Of a stretch of DNA of 64,000 nt, positions 10,273-19,405 are shown one piece after another (position 1 is the stretch's first letter; each line of letters opens with the position of its first letter). The notes beneath the pieces are model-generated. The model worked only from the letters and a program-made list of their open reading frames with translations. It was not told the DNA's origin and did not search any database. The DNA is from Gammaproteobacteria bacterium. Its GTDB lineage: Bacteria; Pseudomonadota; Gammaproteobacteria; Steroidobacterales; Rariloculaceae. The DNA is taken from assembly GCA_050485645.1 (NCBI GenBank), contig JBJHBT010000008.1, positions 71,289-135,288 of the forward strand, given 5' to 3'. Made by a program: the position numbers and the translations under genes.

Positions 10273-12066
10273 ATGGAACGGATACGCAACTTCTCCATCA
10301 TTGCTCATATTGATCACGGCAAGTCGACGCTGGCGGACCGCCTGATCCAGACCTGCGGTGGCCTGACCGCTCGCGAAATGGCCGAGCAGGTCCTGGATTC
10401 GATGGACCTGGAGCGCGAACGCGGCATTACCATCAAGGCGCAGAGCGTGTCGCTGGTCTACAGGGCCAGAGACGGTCATGACTATCAGCTGAACTTCATC
10501 GATACCCCCGGGCACGTCGACTTCTCGTACGAAGTATCCCGATCGCTCGCGGCCTGTGAGGGGGCGCTGCTGGTCGTCGATGCCGGACAGGGCGTGGAGG
10601 CGCAGAGCGTCGCGAACTGCTACACGGCGATCGAGCAGGGCCTGGAAGTCGTGCCGGTCATCAACAAGATCGATCTGCCGGCGGCCGATCCGGAGCGCGT
10701 GATCGGTGAGATCGAGGACATCATCGGCATTGAAGCGCAGGATGCGGTGCGCATCAGTGCCAAGACCGGGCAGGGCGTGGATGATCTGCTGGAATGCATC
10801 GTCAGGCGCATACCGGCGCCGAAGGGCGATCCGGATGCCGTCCTGCAGGCCCTGATCATCGATTCCTGGTTCGACAGCTACGTGGGCGTTGTCTCGCTGG
10901 TACGGGTTGTCAACGGCACGATCGCCAAAGGCGACAAGGTCAAGGTGTATTCGACGCAGCGCAGCTATCTGGTGGACCGACTCGGCGTGTTCACGCCACG
11001 CATGACTGACAGGGACACGCTACGGCCTGGTGAGGTGGGATTCCTGATGGCATCGATCCGCGAAATCGATGCGGCCCCGGTGGGCGACACCATTGTCAGC
11101 GCCCGCGCAGCCGACGCCAAGCCGCTCCCCGGCTTCAAGCGCGTGCAGCCGCGGGTGTTCGCCGGGCTGTTCTCGGTCAGCTCGGAAGATTTCGAAGCGT
11201 TCCGCGAAGCACTCCAGAAGCTTTCGCTGAATGACGCCGCACTCACGTATGAACCTGAAGTCAGTGCCGCGCTGGGTTTTGGTTTTCGTTGTGGATTCCT
11301 CGGGCTGCTGCACATGGAAATCGTTCAGGAGCGCCTGGAACGTGAGCATCAGCTGGCGCTGATATCCACCGCGCCCACCGTCGTCTATGAGGTGGAAACC
11401 ACAGAGGGCGAGGTGTTGCACATCGAAAACCCGGCGCAGCTGCCCGAGCCAAGCCGCATCAATGAAGTCCGCGAACCCATCATTCTCGCCAGCATTCTCA
11501 CGCCGCAGCCCTACCTGGGTGCCGTGATGAAGCTGTGCACCGAGAAGCGCGGCGTGCAGCGCAAGATGCTGTATCGGGGAAGTCAGGTTACGCTCGAGTA
11601 TGAGCTGCCGATGGCCGAAGTGGTGCTGGACTTCTTCGACAAGCTGAAATCATGCAGCCGTGGTTACGCGTCCTTCGACTATCAGTTCGTGCGTTTCCAG
11701 ACAGCGCCGCTTGTGAAACTCGACATCCTGATCAACAGGGAGCGGGTCGATGCGATGGCCATGATCGTTCATCGTGAGGGCGTCGAGCGCAAGGGCCGTC
11801 AGCTGGTGGAGAAGCTGGCCGAGGTCATTCCACGTCAGCAGTTCGAGGTGGCGATCCAGGCGGCGATCGGCGGGCACATCGTGTCGCGCGCCACGGTCAA
11901 GGCGTATCGCAAGGATGTCACCGCCAAGTTGTACGGCGGCGATGTCTCGCGCAAGCGCAAACTGCTGGAGAAACAGAAGGCGGGTAAACGCCGCATGAAG
12001 CAGCTGGGCTCGGTGGAGATTCCGCAGGAAGCATTTCTCGCCGTGCTGCGCAGCGACAAGAAGTAG
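10273..12066 (+). CDS. lepA: Elongation factor 4 (LepA)
   Basis: [24 protein letters not shown] (G1), DTPGHVDF (G3), NKIDLP (G4), and the LepA-type C-terminal domain ending ...[16 protein letters not shown] 10273 chosen within ORF 10249-12066. Confidence 0.97.
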   Translation: MERIRNFSIIAHIDHGKSTLADRLIQTCGGLTAREMAEQVLDSMDLERERGITIKAQSVSLVYRARDGHDYQLNFIDTPGHVDFSYEVSRSLAACEGALLVVDAGQGVEAQSVANCYTAIEQGLEVVPVINKIDLPAADPERVIGEIEDIIGIEAQDAVRISAKTGQGVDDLLECIVRRIPAPKGDPDAVLQALIIDSWFDSYVGVVSLVRVVNGTIAKGDKVKVYSTQRSYLVDRLGVFTPRMTDRDTLRPGEVGFLMASIREIDAAPVGDTIVSARAADAKPLPGFKRVQPRVFAGLFSVSSEDFEAFREALQKLSLNDAALTYEPEVSAALGFGFRCGFLGLLHMEIVQERLEREHQLALISTAPTVVYEVETTEGEVLHIENPAQLPEPSRINEVREPIILASILTPQPYLGAVMKLCTEKRGVQRKMLYRGSQVTLEYELPMAEVVLDFFDKLKSCSRGYASFDYQFVRFQTAPLVKLDILINRERVDAMAMIVHREGVERKGRQLVEKLAEVIPRQQFEVAIQAAIGGHIVSRATVKAYRKDVTAKLYGGDVSRKRKLLEKQKAGKRRMKQLGSVEIPQEAFLAVLRSDKK

Positions 12067-12096
12067 CCACGCTCTCGGCGCGCGACGCCGCCACCG

Positions 12097-13176
12097 CTAC
12101 ATACCGGGGGCGACATCCGGCGGCGGGCGACCGCGGTTCAGATCGGCCGTCAGTTCGTCGGCCAGCCAGTGATGACCGATCTCTCTCGCATACCTGGCCA
12201 GGATCACGGCCGTGTCATCGTCGAGCGTGAAATCCGGCGACCGGCGACGAAACTGCTCGGCCAGCTCCAGAGCATCCTGGATTCGGCCCAGTTCAACGAG
12301 GCGCGCAACGAAGCGCGCGGCCACAGCGCATACGTGGCGGTGGTCTTCCCACTCGAACATTCGGTTGAGCAGCCACTGGTACAGTGCCGGGTCCTCGCCT
12401 TCCTCTGTCAGCATGGTCTTGAGGGTGCGGTAGCCTTCGTTGACCAGGCCGCTGCGCAGGGACGCGTAGGCACGATCGAGTACGTTCATGTGCTCACGGT
12501 GCCATCGCCGTTCGTCCTCCTCGTTGCAGTGCTCCCGGTCGCTGTGCAGGTCGAGTTCAGCGCGGTAGTCGCCCACGGCATCGCCGGTCAGAGCGAATAC
12601 CGCCAGCCACATCCACACGAACAGACAGGCGGAGAACAGCTGCGCAACCCAGCCGAGATCCCGGGTGAGGACAATCAATCCGGTAGCGGTCGCCAGCAGC
12701 ACCGCGCAGGTCGCGAGCAGCCGCAGATAGCTCAGACCCATCGTGCCTGCCAGCGTCGCCAGGTGCAGCGGATGCACGGCCGCGCTCAGGCTGCCGGAGA
12801 TCCCCATAATCGCGCAGGAAGCGGGAAATATCGCCGCCAGCGCTAGCAGCGCCAGCCACCAGGCCGCTGTCGATGCCGGCGTCGCCGTGCCCGAGTACAG
12901 ACCCAGCAGGATGAACAGGCCGGCGAACAGCATGAAATGCGCGACCAGACGGCCTTCACCGATCGGATGCATCGTCTCCACATCGGGCGCTGGCAGGTGG
13001 CGCCGATCCAGTGCGACGGCCCTCAGCACCGCGTAGCCATAGCGCCACAGCGACAGCATCAGCAGCGCCATCAGGGGCCAGCCAAACGGGCCGCCCAACT
13101 GGGCAAGCAGGATGCCCGCACCATAGCTGACGCTGACAACCGTCAGAGTCGAATCCGTCAGGCGCGTGATGGTCAT
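12097..13176 (-). CDS. Hypothetical polytopic membrane protein with a C-terminal soluble helical (TPR-like) domain
   Basis: ORF 12097-13743 trimmed to ATG 13176 (MTITRLTDS...), because the upstream part overlaps the well-supported oxidoreductase gene and is Arg/Gly-rich. About 7 hydrophobic segments are followed by an acidic/helical tail. No family recognised. Confidence 0.6.
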   Translation of the reverse strand: MTITRLTDSTLTVVSVSYGAGILLAQLGGPFGWPLMALLMLSLWRYGYAVLRAVALDRRHLPAPDVETMHPIGEGRLVAHFMLFAGLFILLGLYSGTATPASTAAWWLALLALAAIFPASCAIMGISGSLSAAVHPLHLATLAGTMGLSYLRLLATCAVLLATATGLIVLTRDLGWVAQLFSACLFVWMWLAVFALTGDAVGDYRAELDLHSDREHCNEEDERRWHREHMNVLDRAYASLRSGLVNEGYRTLKTMLTEEGEDPALYQWLLNRMFEWEDHRHVCAVAARFVARLVELGRIQDALELAEQFRRRSPDFTLDDDTAVILARYAREIGHHWLADELTADLNRGRPPPDVAPGM

Positions 13177-13208
13177 GACCTGGTCGCCTGATCCGATCCG
13201 GCAGCCCG

Positions 13209-14234
13209 TTAGCCGACTTTCTCGGGTCTGTGCGACGCCGCGGAGCGGACGATGGCTTCGGTGACCGCCGCACCGTGCACCATTTCGTCCGCCGTGATCG
13301 GGAAATCGCCCCCGCCATCGGCCGCTTGCGCAAACGACTCCAGCGTATCGCGCGTAACGTCGGCGCGCGCCGCCTCCCAGACCTGCATTTCCCCCTTGAT
13401 GGGCTGAAATATGCAGCGGCCGAACAGACGTGTGCGACGTTCTTCGGAGGACGCGCCGGCCACATGCGTCATGCCTTCGAGGCGGACATAGCCCTTGGAT
13501 CCGTACACCTGGAAACTGAAGCCGCCACCGGTTGCGGTCATGGTTCCCAGATAGCCGGACATCCCTTCTTTCATCCGAAACAATACCGACGTGGTGTCGT
13601 CGGCGTCGATGGCGACCACGCGCCGGAAACTCTGGCAGTACACCTCGTCGACTTCTCCGCAGAGATCGATCATGCCGTCCACGGCGTGCACGCCCATCGG
13701 CGTCAGCCCGCCGCAGGGGGTTTCCTCGGGATTCGCACGCCACTGTTCAGGCTTCAGCAACAGTGCGTTCGGGAAGGTCATGGTGGCTTCCACATGCAGA
13801 ATGACGCCAAGATCACCGCAGCGGATGCGCTCGCGCAGACTGTTCATTTCCGGATGCCAGCGGCGGTTGTAGCCAAGGCCGAGCGTCACGCCGGCGTCGC
13901 GCACCGCCGCGACGGCGCGTCGTGCGCCGTCGGCCGTGAGCGCGAAGGGCTTCTCGCAGAATACGTGTTTGCCATGCGCCGCTGCCGCGATCACCTGGTC
14001 CACATGCATGGAATGCGGGGTGGCGAGCACCACGGCATCGATGCCGTCGTCTTCGAGAATCGCGTCGTAGCTTTCGTGCAGCCTGAGGTCGTGCGTGGCG
14101 GCAAATTCCCGGGTTTCCGGCTTGTGCGTGGCGGTGGTGCCGGCCACGAATTTCATGTGCCGGCTCTGTCCGGCGATGCCTTCCACCAGCGTGCGCCCCC
14201 ACCAGCCCATTCCTACGATTGCCGCATTGATCAT
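13209..14234 (-). CDS. Gfo/Idh/MocA-family NAD(P)-dependent oxidoreductase
   Basis: MINAAIVGMGWWGRTLVEG Rossmann N-terminus, and the HVFCEKPFALT motif (EKP signature of the family). ATG 14234 chosen. Confidence 0.9.
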   Translation of the reverse strand: MINAAIVGMGWWGRTLVEGIAGQSRHMKFVAGTTATHKPETREFAATHDLRLHESYDAILEDDGIDAVVLATPHSMHVDQVIAAAAHGKHVFCEKPFALTADGARRAVAAVRDAGVTLGLGYNRRWHPEMNSLRERIRCGDLGVILHVEATMTFPNALLLKPEQWRANPEETPCGGLTPMGVHAVDGMIDLCGEVDEVYCQSFRRVVAIDADDTTSVLFRMKEGMSGYLGTMTATGGGFSFQVYGSKGYVRLEGMTHVAGASSEERRTRLFGRCIFQPIKGEMQVWEAARADVTRDTLESFAQAADGGGDFPITADEMVHGAAVTEAIVRSAASHRPEKVG

Positions 14235-14407
14235 TACTTTTCCTCGATAGCTTTGTTGTTGGTTGATGTATATTCGCCTGTCTACAAGACGAAAACGCCG
14301 CACACGATCAGTCCGATGACTGCGATTATCGTATCAGGCTGGTGGCCCTCGGGCCGACAGCCATGAGCGTGTGATTCCATAAAGACCTGCTGACGGGGAG
14401 ACAAACC

Positions 14408-15586
14408 ATGCTGCGAGCAACGGCCGATCTGACACTTCCAACAACTATAACGGGTTCGCTGCCGCGGCCAAGCTGGTACACCGAAAACCTCGGGTTGAGA
14501 ACCTTTCTGGAGGCGATGGTGGAAACCCGCTTCCGGGAGCAGTACGAGGATGCGCTATCCGTGTATCTCACCGAGCAGACCATCGCCGGACTGGATATTC
14601 TTACAGACGGTGATGCGCGTTTCAGCGCCGATGTGGGCGGGCAAAGCTGGACCAGCTACCCGCCTTCGCATATGTCCGGATTCGACCGCATTCCCAAGGC
14701 CGCGCCGGTCGGTGGTGGCGGCATCGCGTTTCCGCGCGGTCACATACTGCATGACTACATCGAGGCCCGCGTGATGCCGAGCATCGTCGGGCCGGTGGGC
14801 CGCGGTGACCTTCAGTACGCGGCGATGTGGAAGTCGGCGCAGCGCATGACCACCCGGCCGGTGAAGTTCGGCACGGTGACGCCGGAGCTGGTCGCATTCG
14901 CGGTGCAGGACTTTCACTACAAGGACATCCGTGAGCGCATCTGGGCAATCAGTGATGCGTTCAACGAAGAGCTGCATACGCTGGCGGATGCCGGCTGCCC
15001 GGTGATCCAGATGGAGGAACCCCAGGTGCATCTGCTGGCGGCGCGCGGCATCGTCGACAAGATCATCAATCCGGAATACATGCTCGAGGTGTTCAACAAT
15101 ACCGTACGCGGTCTTCGCGACAAGACCGAAGTGTGGTGCCACACCTGCTGGGGCAATCCGTCACAGCAGCGCATGTTCGCCGAGGTGCAGAGCTACAAGC
15201 CGGCGTTGGAGATCCTGAACAGGATCGATGCCGATGTGATCACCTTCGAATCGGTCAGTTCGCATGGCATGGACCTGGAGGCCATCGGTAAATACATCAC
15301 CGACATGAAGATCGCCATCGGCGTCATCGATCATCATTCGCTGCAGGTCGAGCGCAAGGAAGAGGTGGCCGATCATATCCGCGCAGCGATGAAGTATATT
15401 CCGCTGGAGCGGCTGATCGTATCGTCGGACTGCGGGATGGGTCGGGAAGGCATGAGCCGCCACCATGCGCTGTACAAGATGGCCGCCCTGGTGCAGGGCG
15501 CCAATATCATCCGCAGGGAGCAGGGTCTGGCCGAAGGCCGGTGCCTGCTGGCCGAGTCACAGTACTCGCTGGTGCCCGGCGCGTAA
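14408..15586 (+). CDS. Cobalamin-independent methionine synthase (MetE) catalytic-domain-like protein, stand-alone
   Basis: ITGSLPRPSWY N-terminal motif. Zn-ligand-like contexts VWCHTCWGNP and SSDCGMG. About 390 aa, so it corresponds only to the C-terminal MetE/UROD-like barrel. Confidence 0.8.
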   Translation: MLRATADLTLPTTITGSLPRPSWYTENLGLRTFLEAMVETRFREQYEDALSVYLTEQTIAGLDILTDGDARFSADVGGQSWTSYPPSHMSGFDRIPKAAPVGGGGIAFPRGHILHDYIEARVMPSIVGPVGRGDLQYAAMWKSAQRMTTRPVKFGTVTPELVAFAVQDFHYKDIRERIWAISDAFNEELHTLADAGCPVIQMEEPQVHLLAARGIVDKIINPEYMLEVFNNTVRGLRDKTEVWCHTCWGNPSQQRMFAEVQSYKPALEILNRIDADVITFESVSSHGMDLEAIGKYITDMKIAIGVIDHHSLQVERKEEVADHIRAAMKYIPLERLIVSSDCGMGREGMSRHHALYKMAALVQGANIIRREQGLAEGRCLLAESQYSLVPGA

Positions 15587-15597
15587 TACGTATTGAA

Positions 15598-15628
15598 ACG
15601 GGCCGGCGGGGGAATCCCGCCGGCCCGT
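15598..15628. terminator. Bidirectional terminator hairpin between convergent genes
   Basis: acgggccggcggg (15598-15610) / ggaat / cccgccggcccgt (15616-15628). Perfect 13-bp stem between the MetE-like gene and the receptor gene. Confidence 0.65.
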
Positions 15629-15679
15629 GCTCCCATAGCGGGGAGCGTGTATGCCAGGAACGCGCTGGAAGCGGCTCGT

Positions 15680-17902
15680 CTAGAAGTGCTTCGTAAAGTC
15701 CACGCCGTAGCGGCGCGGCATGCCCTTGAACACGAATCCGCCGGGTGAAAACTCGGCGTTGTAGCGCGTGTTGTTGGAATTTCGCTGCCATGCGACGATG
15801 GACCAGTCGTCGGCCTCGATGCCGATTCTCAGATCAAGCAGATTGACCGGATCGCGCACCGTCATGTTGGCCGGCTCCCACCAGGTCCTGCCGATGCGCT
15901 GGTAGTCGCTGCGTAGCAGCAGCCCGACGCCCGACTGACCGAGCGGTGTGCGGTACTGCAGGCCAACGTTGGTCGTATCGCGTGATACCAGTGGTGCCCG
16001 ATTGCCGACTTGCGAGGGATCGCCGTCGAAGCGGCGGATTTCACTGTCGGTATAGCCGTAGCCGACATTCAGCCGCAGGCCTTCCATCAGCCGGGCGGCG
16101 ATATCAATCTCGAAGCCCTGGAAGCGCGTTTCATCGAGACTGCCAAGGTTCTGCGTCGAACTGTCGGGCAGAAACACGAAGAAGTATGAGCCTTCGGCTC
16201 TGGTGTCGAACACGCTGAAATTGGCGCCAAACCGGCCGTTGTCGGACAGGTACTTGATGCCGAACTCCGCGGTGTCGGCCACCTCGGCACCGAACAGGTC
16301 GCCGACGCCGGCTATGCCCGCCGCGGCTGCCTCGGCACCGACGCCGGTCTGGTTGAAACCGCCGCTACGAAAGCCACGGCTCCAGCCACCGTAGACCGTC
16401 GTGCGGCTGGACGGCTGGTAGCGCAGCGTCAGTTTCGGCTGCAGTTCGCTCCAGGTATTCTTGCGTACCTCGCCGAACGATGCGTCGGGAATTGCGCCAA
16501 GCCACTCGTTTGGTGTCAGCGTGGTGTTCTCGCGCGTGTCGCGGTCATATCGGGCGGCCAGGTTCAATTCCAGACGCTCGCTCAGGTCGAAGCCCAGATC
16601 AGCGAATACCGCCCAGGCGAAGTTATCCTGCTCGTCGGCGAGGAACGTCAGCTGGAAGCTGTCAGGATGCTGTGCAGCACTGCGAGGCGTGCGGCGGACC
16701 GGGAACGCGCCGGCGCCCATATCCGCAATGTTGCCAGTGGAGATATAACGGTCTGTCGCAATCATGTACGTGCCGGCAATCCAGCGAACGCGCGAGTCGT
16801 CTCTGGACGTGAAACGGAATTCCTGGCTCCAGGTATTGACGTCGAGGAACTGATGCTGCGCCCAGTCCCATTCACCAAACGGAAAGGGCAGTTCCAGCAC
16901 CGCGCCCAGGAAATAGAACAGCGACTCCTCGATCGGCAGAAAGTCGAACTGATCACCAGTCAGGATTTCCTCGATCGTGTCATACGAAGTGACCGACGTG
17001 AATGTGCCGAAGTCACCATGGTAGTCAACCTTGAAGGCGACCTGTGTCAGATCACGATCGTTCTGACCGGCATTGTTGACGCGAACCGGCAGGCTGGTGT
17101 CGTTGACGTCGTCCACGATATTGAAGTACAGCGCCTGCGTATTCACTTTCGACTGGAAGAACCGCGCGTCGGTCGTCAGCCGGTCGCTGGCATCCCAGAT
17201 CAGTCGGGTGCGAATCGAGCGGTCCTTGAACGGGTCGGCGTTTTCCTGCAGGTACGGATTGAAGATGAAGCCTTCCGTATCGTAATAGTTGAGCGCCGCG
17301 TGATAGCGCAGGTTCTCCATGTTGCCGAGTGGACCGCTGCCGCTGAGCTGGAATCGATGCCCGATACCCGAGTCGGCGCCGACGCGGACGCGGCCGCGGA
17401 ACTGGTCGCCCGGCTCGCGGGTGGTGATCACCATGGCGCCGCCGATGGCGTTGCGGCCATACACCGCGCCCTGTGCACCCTTCAGTACCTCGATTTGCTG
17501 CACGTCGAACAGCTCCTGGTTGAACTGTGACGGATTGGACATCAGCACGCCGTCCACCAGCACGGCAACCGACGGCTCGCTGTTGCGGGCCTGCGATATG
17601 CCCCGCACCGTGACGAACGAGGTGCCCTGGTTCTGGGTCTGCACCAGCGTCACATTGGGCGTCAGCGCAATGAAATCCTGAGGTCTGTCGATACCGGCAC
17701 GCTCGATCTCGGCTTCGTTGAATACCGTGATCGTGACCGGCGCATCCTGAAAGGTCTCGAAGCGCCTGCGGGCGGTAACGACGATTTCCTCGACTTCACC
17801 GGATTGTGCGGCCGGCTGTGCATGGCTGTGCTGTGCGGCGCCGACGGCAACAATGCCGCCCACCGCGACCGCGAGGGTCGAGCGACGAATTTGGGTAGTC
17901 AT
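15680..17902 (-). CDS. TonB-dependent outer-membrane receptor
   Basis: Signal peptide MTTQIRRSTLAVAVGGIVAVGAAQHSHA, TonB-box-like EEIVVTARRR, a plug domain, and a long beta-barrel ending ...YGVDFTKHF. Confidence 0.95.
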   Translation of the reverse strand: MTTQIRRSTLAVAVGGIVAVGAAQHSHAQPAAQSGEVEEIVVTARRRFETFQDAPVTITVFNEAEIERAGIDRPQDFIALTPNVTLVQTQNQGTSFVTVRGISQARNSEPSVAVLVDGVLMSNPSQFNQELFDVQQIEVLKGAQGAVYGRNAIGGAMVITTREPGDQFRGRVRVGADSGIGHRFQLSGSGPLGNMENLRYHAALNYYDTEGFIFNPYLQENADPFKDRSIRTRLIWDASDRLTTDARFFQSKVNTQALYFNIVDDVNDTSLPVRVNNAGQNDRDLTQVAFKVDYHGDFGTFTSVTSYDTIEEILTGDQFDFLPIEESLFYFLGAVLELPFPFGEWDWAQHQFLDVNTWSQEFRFTSRDDSRVRWIAGTYMIATDRYISTGNIADMGAGAFPVRRTPRSAAQHPDSFQLTFLADEQDNFAWAVFADLGFDLSERLELNLAARYDRDTRENTTLTPNEWLGAIPDASFGEVRKNTWSELQPKLTLRYQPSSRTTVYGGWSRGFRSGGFNQTGVGAEAAAAGIAGVGDLFGAEVADTAEFGIKYLSDNGRFGANFSVFDTRAEGSYFFVFLPDSSTQNLGSLDETRFQGFEIDIAARLMEGLRLNVGYGYTDSEIRRFDGDPSQVGNRAPLVSRDTTNVGLQYRTPLGQSGVGLLLRSDYQRIGRTWWEPANMTVRDPVNLLDLRIGIEADDWSIVAWQRNSNNTRYNAEFSPGGFVFKGMPRRYGVDFTKHF

Positions 17903-18031
17903 GAGTTTGTCTTCTCCCCGAAAGAATTGTGTGAGCCAACAGCGTTCCTTTCCATCCCACGGAAATCCGCCGTTGACGGAACAAATTAGCTCATGCGTTG
18001 CTTGTAGAGAAGGCTAACCAGTGATACTAGT

Positions 18032-18910
18032 ATGGACGCTACCAGTCAGAAACGGCTTGAGGGGGACGATTTGGGTATTCAGCGGGAGCAGCTTTCGGAG
18101 TTCCTGAAAGGCTGTCGGGCACGCCTTTCGCCCCAGGAAGCGGGTTTGCCCGAGGCCCACAAACGCCGCACGCCGGGTCTGCGGCGTGAAGACGTCGCGG
18201 CACTCGCCGGGGTCAGCGTCACATGGTACACGTGGCTGGAGCAGGGACGTGACATCCGCGTGTCCGTGGATGTGCTGGAGCGTGTCAGCGCCACGTTGCG
18301 AATGACACGAGATGAACGCGACTATCTGTTCGCGCTGGTTCATGGCCGTTCGGCACCGGTCATTCATACGGTGGATGAGCCGGTCACGCCGAGGCTGCAG
18401 CGCATGCTGGATGCGATGTGCATCCCGGCATTGGTCATGACGCATCGCTGGGATGTGGTGGCCTGGAACCTGCTCGTCACGAGGATCTTTCGCGACTATT
18501 CGCGGCGTCCGCCCGATGACCGGAACCTGCTCAGGATTCTGCTCACCAGTCCGGAGTATCGGCAGGATCCCGAGGAGTACGAAGCCACCGCACGGCGGGT
18601 ACTGGCCAGGTTTCGCGTCGATTACAGCCAGGCCGTCGGTGATCCGGCGTTCGAGGCACTGATTACCGAACTCCACGCCAGCTGCGAAGCCTTCAGGCGA
18701 CTCTGGCCGAGCCCGGAGGTGACCACGGTGGCCGGCGGCATCACCGTCGTCCGGCATATTCATCTGGGCGGCATCACCTTCGAACATTCGTCGTATGTGC
18801 CCGAGGGCAGCCGCAATCTGCGCGTGCTGGTGTTTGTGCCGCATGACGACCAGAGCGTGGCCAAGCTCGCAAGGCTCAGCGGCTGTTCGCGCACGGCTGT
18901 TCGCACATGA
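18032..18910 (+). CDS. XRE-type HTH regulator with MmyB-like ligand-binding domain
   Basis: LSEFLKGCRARLSPQEAGLP....RRTPGLRREDVAALAGVSVTWYTWLEQGRDIRVSVDVLERVSATL is the characteristic N-terminus of MmyB-like regulators. No SD precedes ATG 18032, so the start is uncertain. Confidence 0.85.
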   Translation: MDATSQKRLEGDDLGIQREQLSEFLKGCRARLSPQEAGLPEAHKRRTPGLRREDVAALAGVSVTWYTWLEQGRDIRVSVDVLERVSATLRMTRDERDYLFALVHGRSAPVIHTVDEPVTPRLQRMLDAMCIPALVMTHRWDVVAWNLLVTRIFRDYSRRPPDDRNLLRILLTSPEYRQDPEEYEATARRVLARFRVDYSQAVGDPAFEALITELHASCEAFRRLWPSPEVTTVAGGITVVRHIHLGGITFEHSSYVPEGSRNLRVLVFVPHDDQSVAKLARLSGCSRTAVRT

Positions 18911-19039
18911 AACCTGCCCTGGCGCCGCGCACCTGCGGCCGTGAGGGCGGGGCGGTCAGGGGCGGCACGGTGTGGGTCAGCGGCGTTCTCCCCTGTCTGT
19001 GGTATCTTTTTCGGTTCGGGCTGCAAGGGGCGGGAACCG

Positions 19040-19405
19040 ATGAATCAGGACGGACTGGCCGGATGGCTGGATGCCTATGGCCGTGCATGGGAACAGCGGG
19101 ATGCCGACGCCGTGGCGGCGATCTTTTCCACCGACGCGCTGTACTACGAGACGCCGTATTCCGATCCGTTTCGGGGTCGCGAGGGGGTGGCGGCTTACTG
19201 GACCCGGGTGACGCTCGACCAGCGCGATATTGGATTCAGCAGCGATCCGGTCGGTATGATCGGGGCCACCGGTGTTGCCCGCTGGTCGGCGCGTTTCACC
19301 GCGGTTTCCAGTGGCGCCGAAGTGGAACTGAATGGGGTATTCCTGCTTCAGTTCGATGACGATGGACTTTGTACCTGCCTCAGGGAATGGTGGCATCTGA
19401 AATGA
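19040..19405 (+). CDS. NTF2/SnoaL-like small protein
   Basis: MNQDGLAGWLDAYGRAWEQRDADAVAAIFSTDALYYETP... is the typical SnoaL/NTF2-fold N-terminus. ATG 19040 chosen within ORF 18941-19405. Confidence 0.75.
   Translation: MNQDGLAGWLDAYGRAWEQRDADAVAAIFSTDALYYETPYSDPFRGREGVAAYWTRVTLDQRDIGFSSDPVGMIGATGVARWSARFTAVSSGAEVELNGVFLLQFDDDGLCTCLREWWHLK

Noticed and set aside
13177-13743. N-terminal 189-aa extension of the minus-strand ORF 12097-13743.
   Set aside because: It overlaps the 3' half of the well-supported Gfo/Idh/MocA gene and is Arg/Gly/His-rich junk-like sequence. The internal ATG at 13176 starts exactly where hydrophobic, protein-like sequence begins.
14235-14407. Possible cobalamin or SAM riboswitch upstream of the MetE-like gene, and likewise upstream of the metX-like gene at 59951-60044.
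   Set aside because: The leaders are short, and I could not recognise the conserved cores of the cobalamin, SAM-I or SAM-II classes by eye. A covariance-model scan (Rfam/Infernal) would be needed to be definitive.
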